From Eledone cirrhosa (Eukaryota), in assembly GCA_964016885.1 (NCBI GenBank), contig OZ024740.1, positions 17,298,001 to 17,362,000 on the forward strand: a DNA stretch of 64,000 bases, written 5' to 3'. The notes beneath the pieces were generated by a model, which ran no database searches, had not been told where the DNA came from, and saw nothing but the letters and a program-made list of their open reading frames with translations. Made by a program: the position numbers and the translations under genes. Each line of letters opens with the position of its first letter. The first letter of the stretch is position 1. Positions 62,201 to 64,000 of this stretch are shown here, piece after piece.

Positions 62201-64000
62201 CATTGTGTGTGGTCTTGAGGTAGACTTAGCTCTCTTGAGGACACCAACACAGCATTGTGTCTGGTTTTGAGGTAGACTTAGCTCTCTTGTAGACACCAAC
62301 ACAGCATTGTGTGTGGTCTTGAGGTAGACTTAGCTCTCTTGTAGACACCAACACAGCATTGTGTGTGGTCTTGAGGTAGACTTAGCTCTCTTGTAGACAC
62401 CAACACAGCATTGTGTGTGGTCTTGAAGTAGACTTAGCTCTCTTGAGGACACCAACACAGCATTGTGTGTGGTCTTGAGGTAGACTTAGCTCTCTTGAGG
62501 ACACCAACACAGCATTGTGTCTGGTTTTGAGGTAGACTTAGCTCTCTTGTAGACACTAACACAGCATTGTGTGAGGTCTTGTGGTAGACATAGCTGTCTT
62601 GTAGACACCAACACAGCATTGTGTGTGGTCTTAAGGTAGACTTAGCTCTCTTGTAGACACCAACACAGCATTGTGTCTGGTCTTGAGGTAGACTTATCTC
62701 TCTTGTAGACACCAACACAGCATTGTGTGTGGTCTTGAGGTAGACATAGCTCTCTTGTAGACACCAACACAGCATTGTGTCTGGTCTTGAGGTAGACATA
62801 GCTCTCTTGTAGACACCAACACAGCATTGTTTGTGGTCTTGAGGTAGACTTAGCTCTCTTGTGGACACCAACACAGCATTGTGTGTGGTCTTGAGGTAGA
62901 CTTAGCTCTCTTGTAGACACCAACACAGCATTGTGTGTGGTCTTGAGGCAGACTTAGCTCTCTTGTAGACACCAACACAGCATTGTGTGTGGTCTTGAGG
63001 TAGACTTAGCTCTCTTGTAGACACCAACACAGCATTGTGAGTGGTCTTCAGGTAGACTTAGCTCTCTTGTAGACAACAACACAGCATTGTGTCTGGTCTT
63101 GAGGTAGACATAGCTCTCTTGTAGACACCAACACAGCATTGTTTGTGGTCTTGATGTAGACTGAGCTCTCTTGTAGACGCCAACACAGCATTGTGTGTGG
63201 TCTTGAGGTAGACTTAGCTCTCTTGTAGACACCAACACAGCACTGTGTGTGGTCTTGAGGTAGACATAGCTCTCTTGTAGACACCAACACAGCATTGTGT
63301 CTGGTCTTGAGGTAGACATAGCTCTCTTGTAGACACCAACACAGCATTGTTTGTGGTCTTGATGTAGACTGAGCTCTCTTGTAGACGCCAACACAGCATT
63401 GTGTGTGGTCTTGAGGTAGACTTAGCTCTCTTGTAGACGCCAACACAGAATTGTGTGTGGTCTTGAGGTAGACTTAGCTCTCTTGTGGACACCAACACAG
63501 CATTGTGTGTGGTCTTGAGGTAGACTTAGCTCTCTTGAGGACGCCAACACAGCATCGTGTGTTTTCTTGAGGTAGACTTAGCTCTCTTGTAGACACCAAC
63601 ACAGCATTGTGTGTGGTCTTGAGGCAGACTTAGCTCTCTTGTAGACACCAACACAGCATTGTGTGTGGTCTTGAGGTAGACTTAGCTCTCTTGTAGACAC
63701 CAACACAGCATTGTGAGTGGTCTTCAGGTAGACTTAGCTCTCTTGTAGACACCAACACACAGCATTGTGTGTGGTTTTGAGGTAGACATAGCTCTCTTGT
63801 AGACACCAACACAGCATTGTGTGTCGTCTTGCGGTAGACTTAGCTCTCTTGTAGACACCAACTCAGCATTGTCTGTGGTCTTGAGGTAGACTTAGCTCTC
63901 TTGTAGACACCAACACAGCATTGTGTCTGGTCTTGAGGTAGACATAGCTCTCTTGTAGACACCAACACAGCATTGTGTGTGGTCTTGAGGTAGACTTAGC
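50243..64000. repeat. 52-bp tandem satellite, consensus CATTGTGTGTGGTCTTGAGGTAGACTTAGCTCTCTTGTAGACACCAACACAG, ~265 copies, runs off window end
   Basis: Continuous 52-bp period with recurrent diagnostic variants and a sharp left boundary. Confidence 0.99.

Noticed and set aside
50203-63812. Many short MLVSTRELSLPQDH ORFs
   Set aside because: The 52-bp period is not a multiple of 3 and the consensus has stops. The ORFs appear only where a variant removes a stop.

Overview
Eukaryotic (animal) genomic DNA; the interspersed repeats resemble octopus/cephalopod SINEs and LINEs, which is my inference rather than a database result. About 63% of the window is two large tandem arrays: a 36-bp satellite (1-~26290, ~730 units) and a 52-bp satellite (~50243 to the window end, ~265 units). 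Both have visible higher-order structure. The ~24 kb between them looks intronic. It holds smaller minisatellites (26, 40, 21 and ~92 bp units), microsatellites, tRNA-type SINEs, RTE and Dong/R4 LINE fragments, piggyBac- and mariner-like MITEs, and a 200-N gap. A + strand spliced gene of unknown identity appears to run through it: a candidate 15/18/21-nt microexon with a triple tandem acceptor (32395-32415), a clear 795-nt phase-0 coding exon (43463-44257), and a 37-nt exon with a U12-type GTATCCTT donor (49310-49346). The giant ORFs in the ORF track come from satellite periodicity. There is no CRISPR array and there are no prokaryotic genes. The most notable observations are the microexon/minor-intron architecture and minisatellites that appear to have arisen inside transposable elements.
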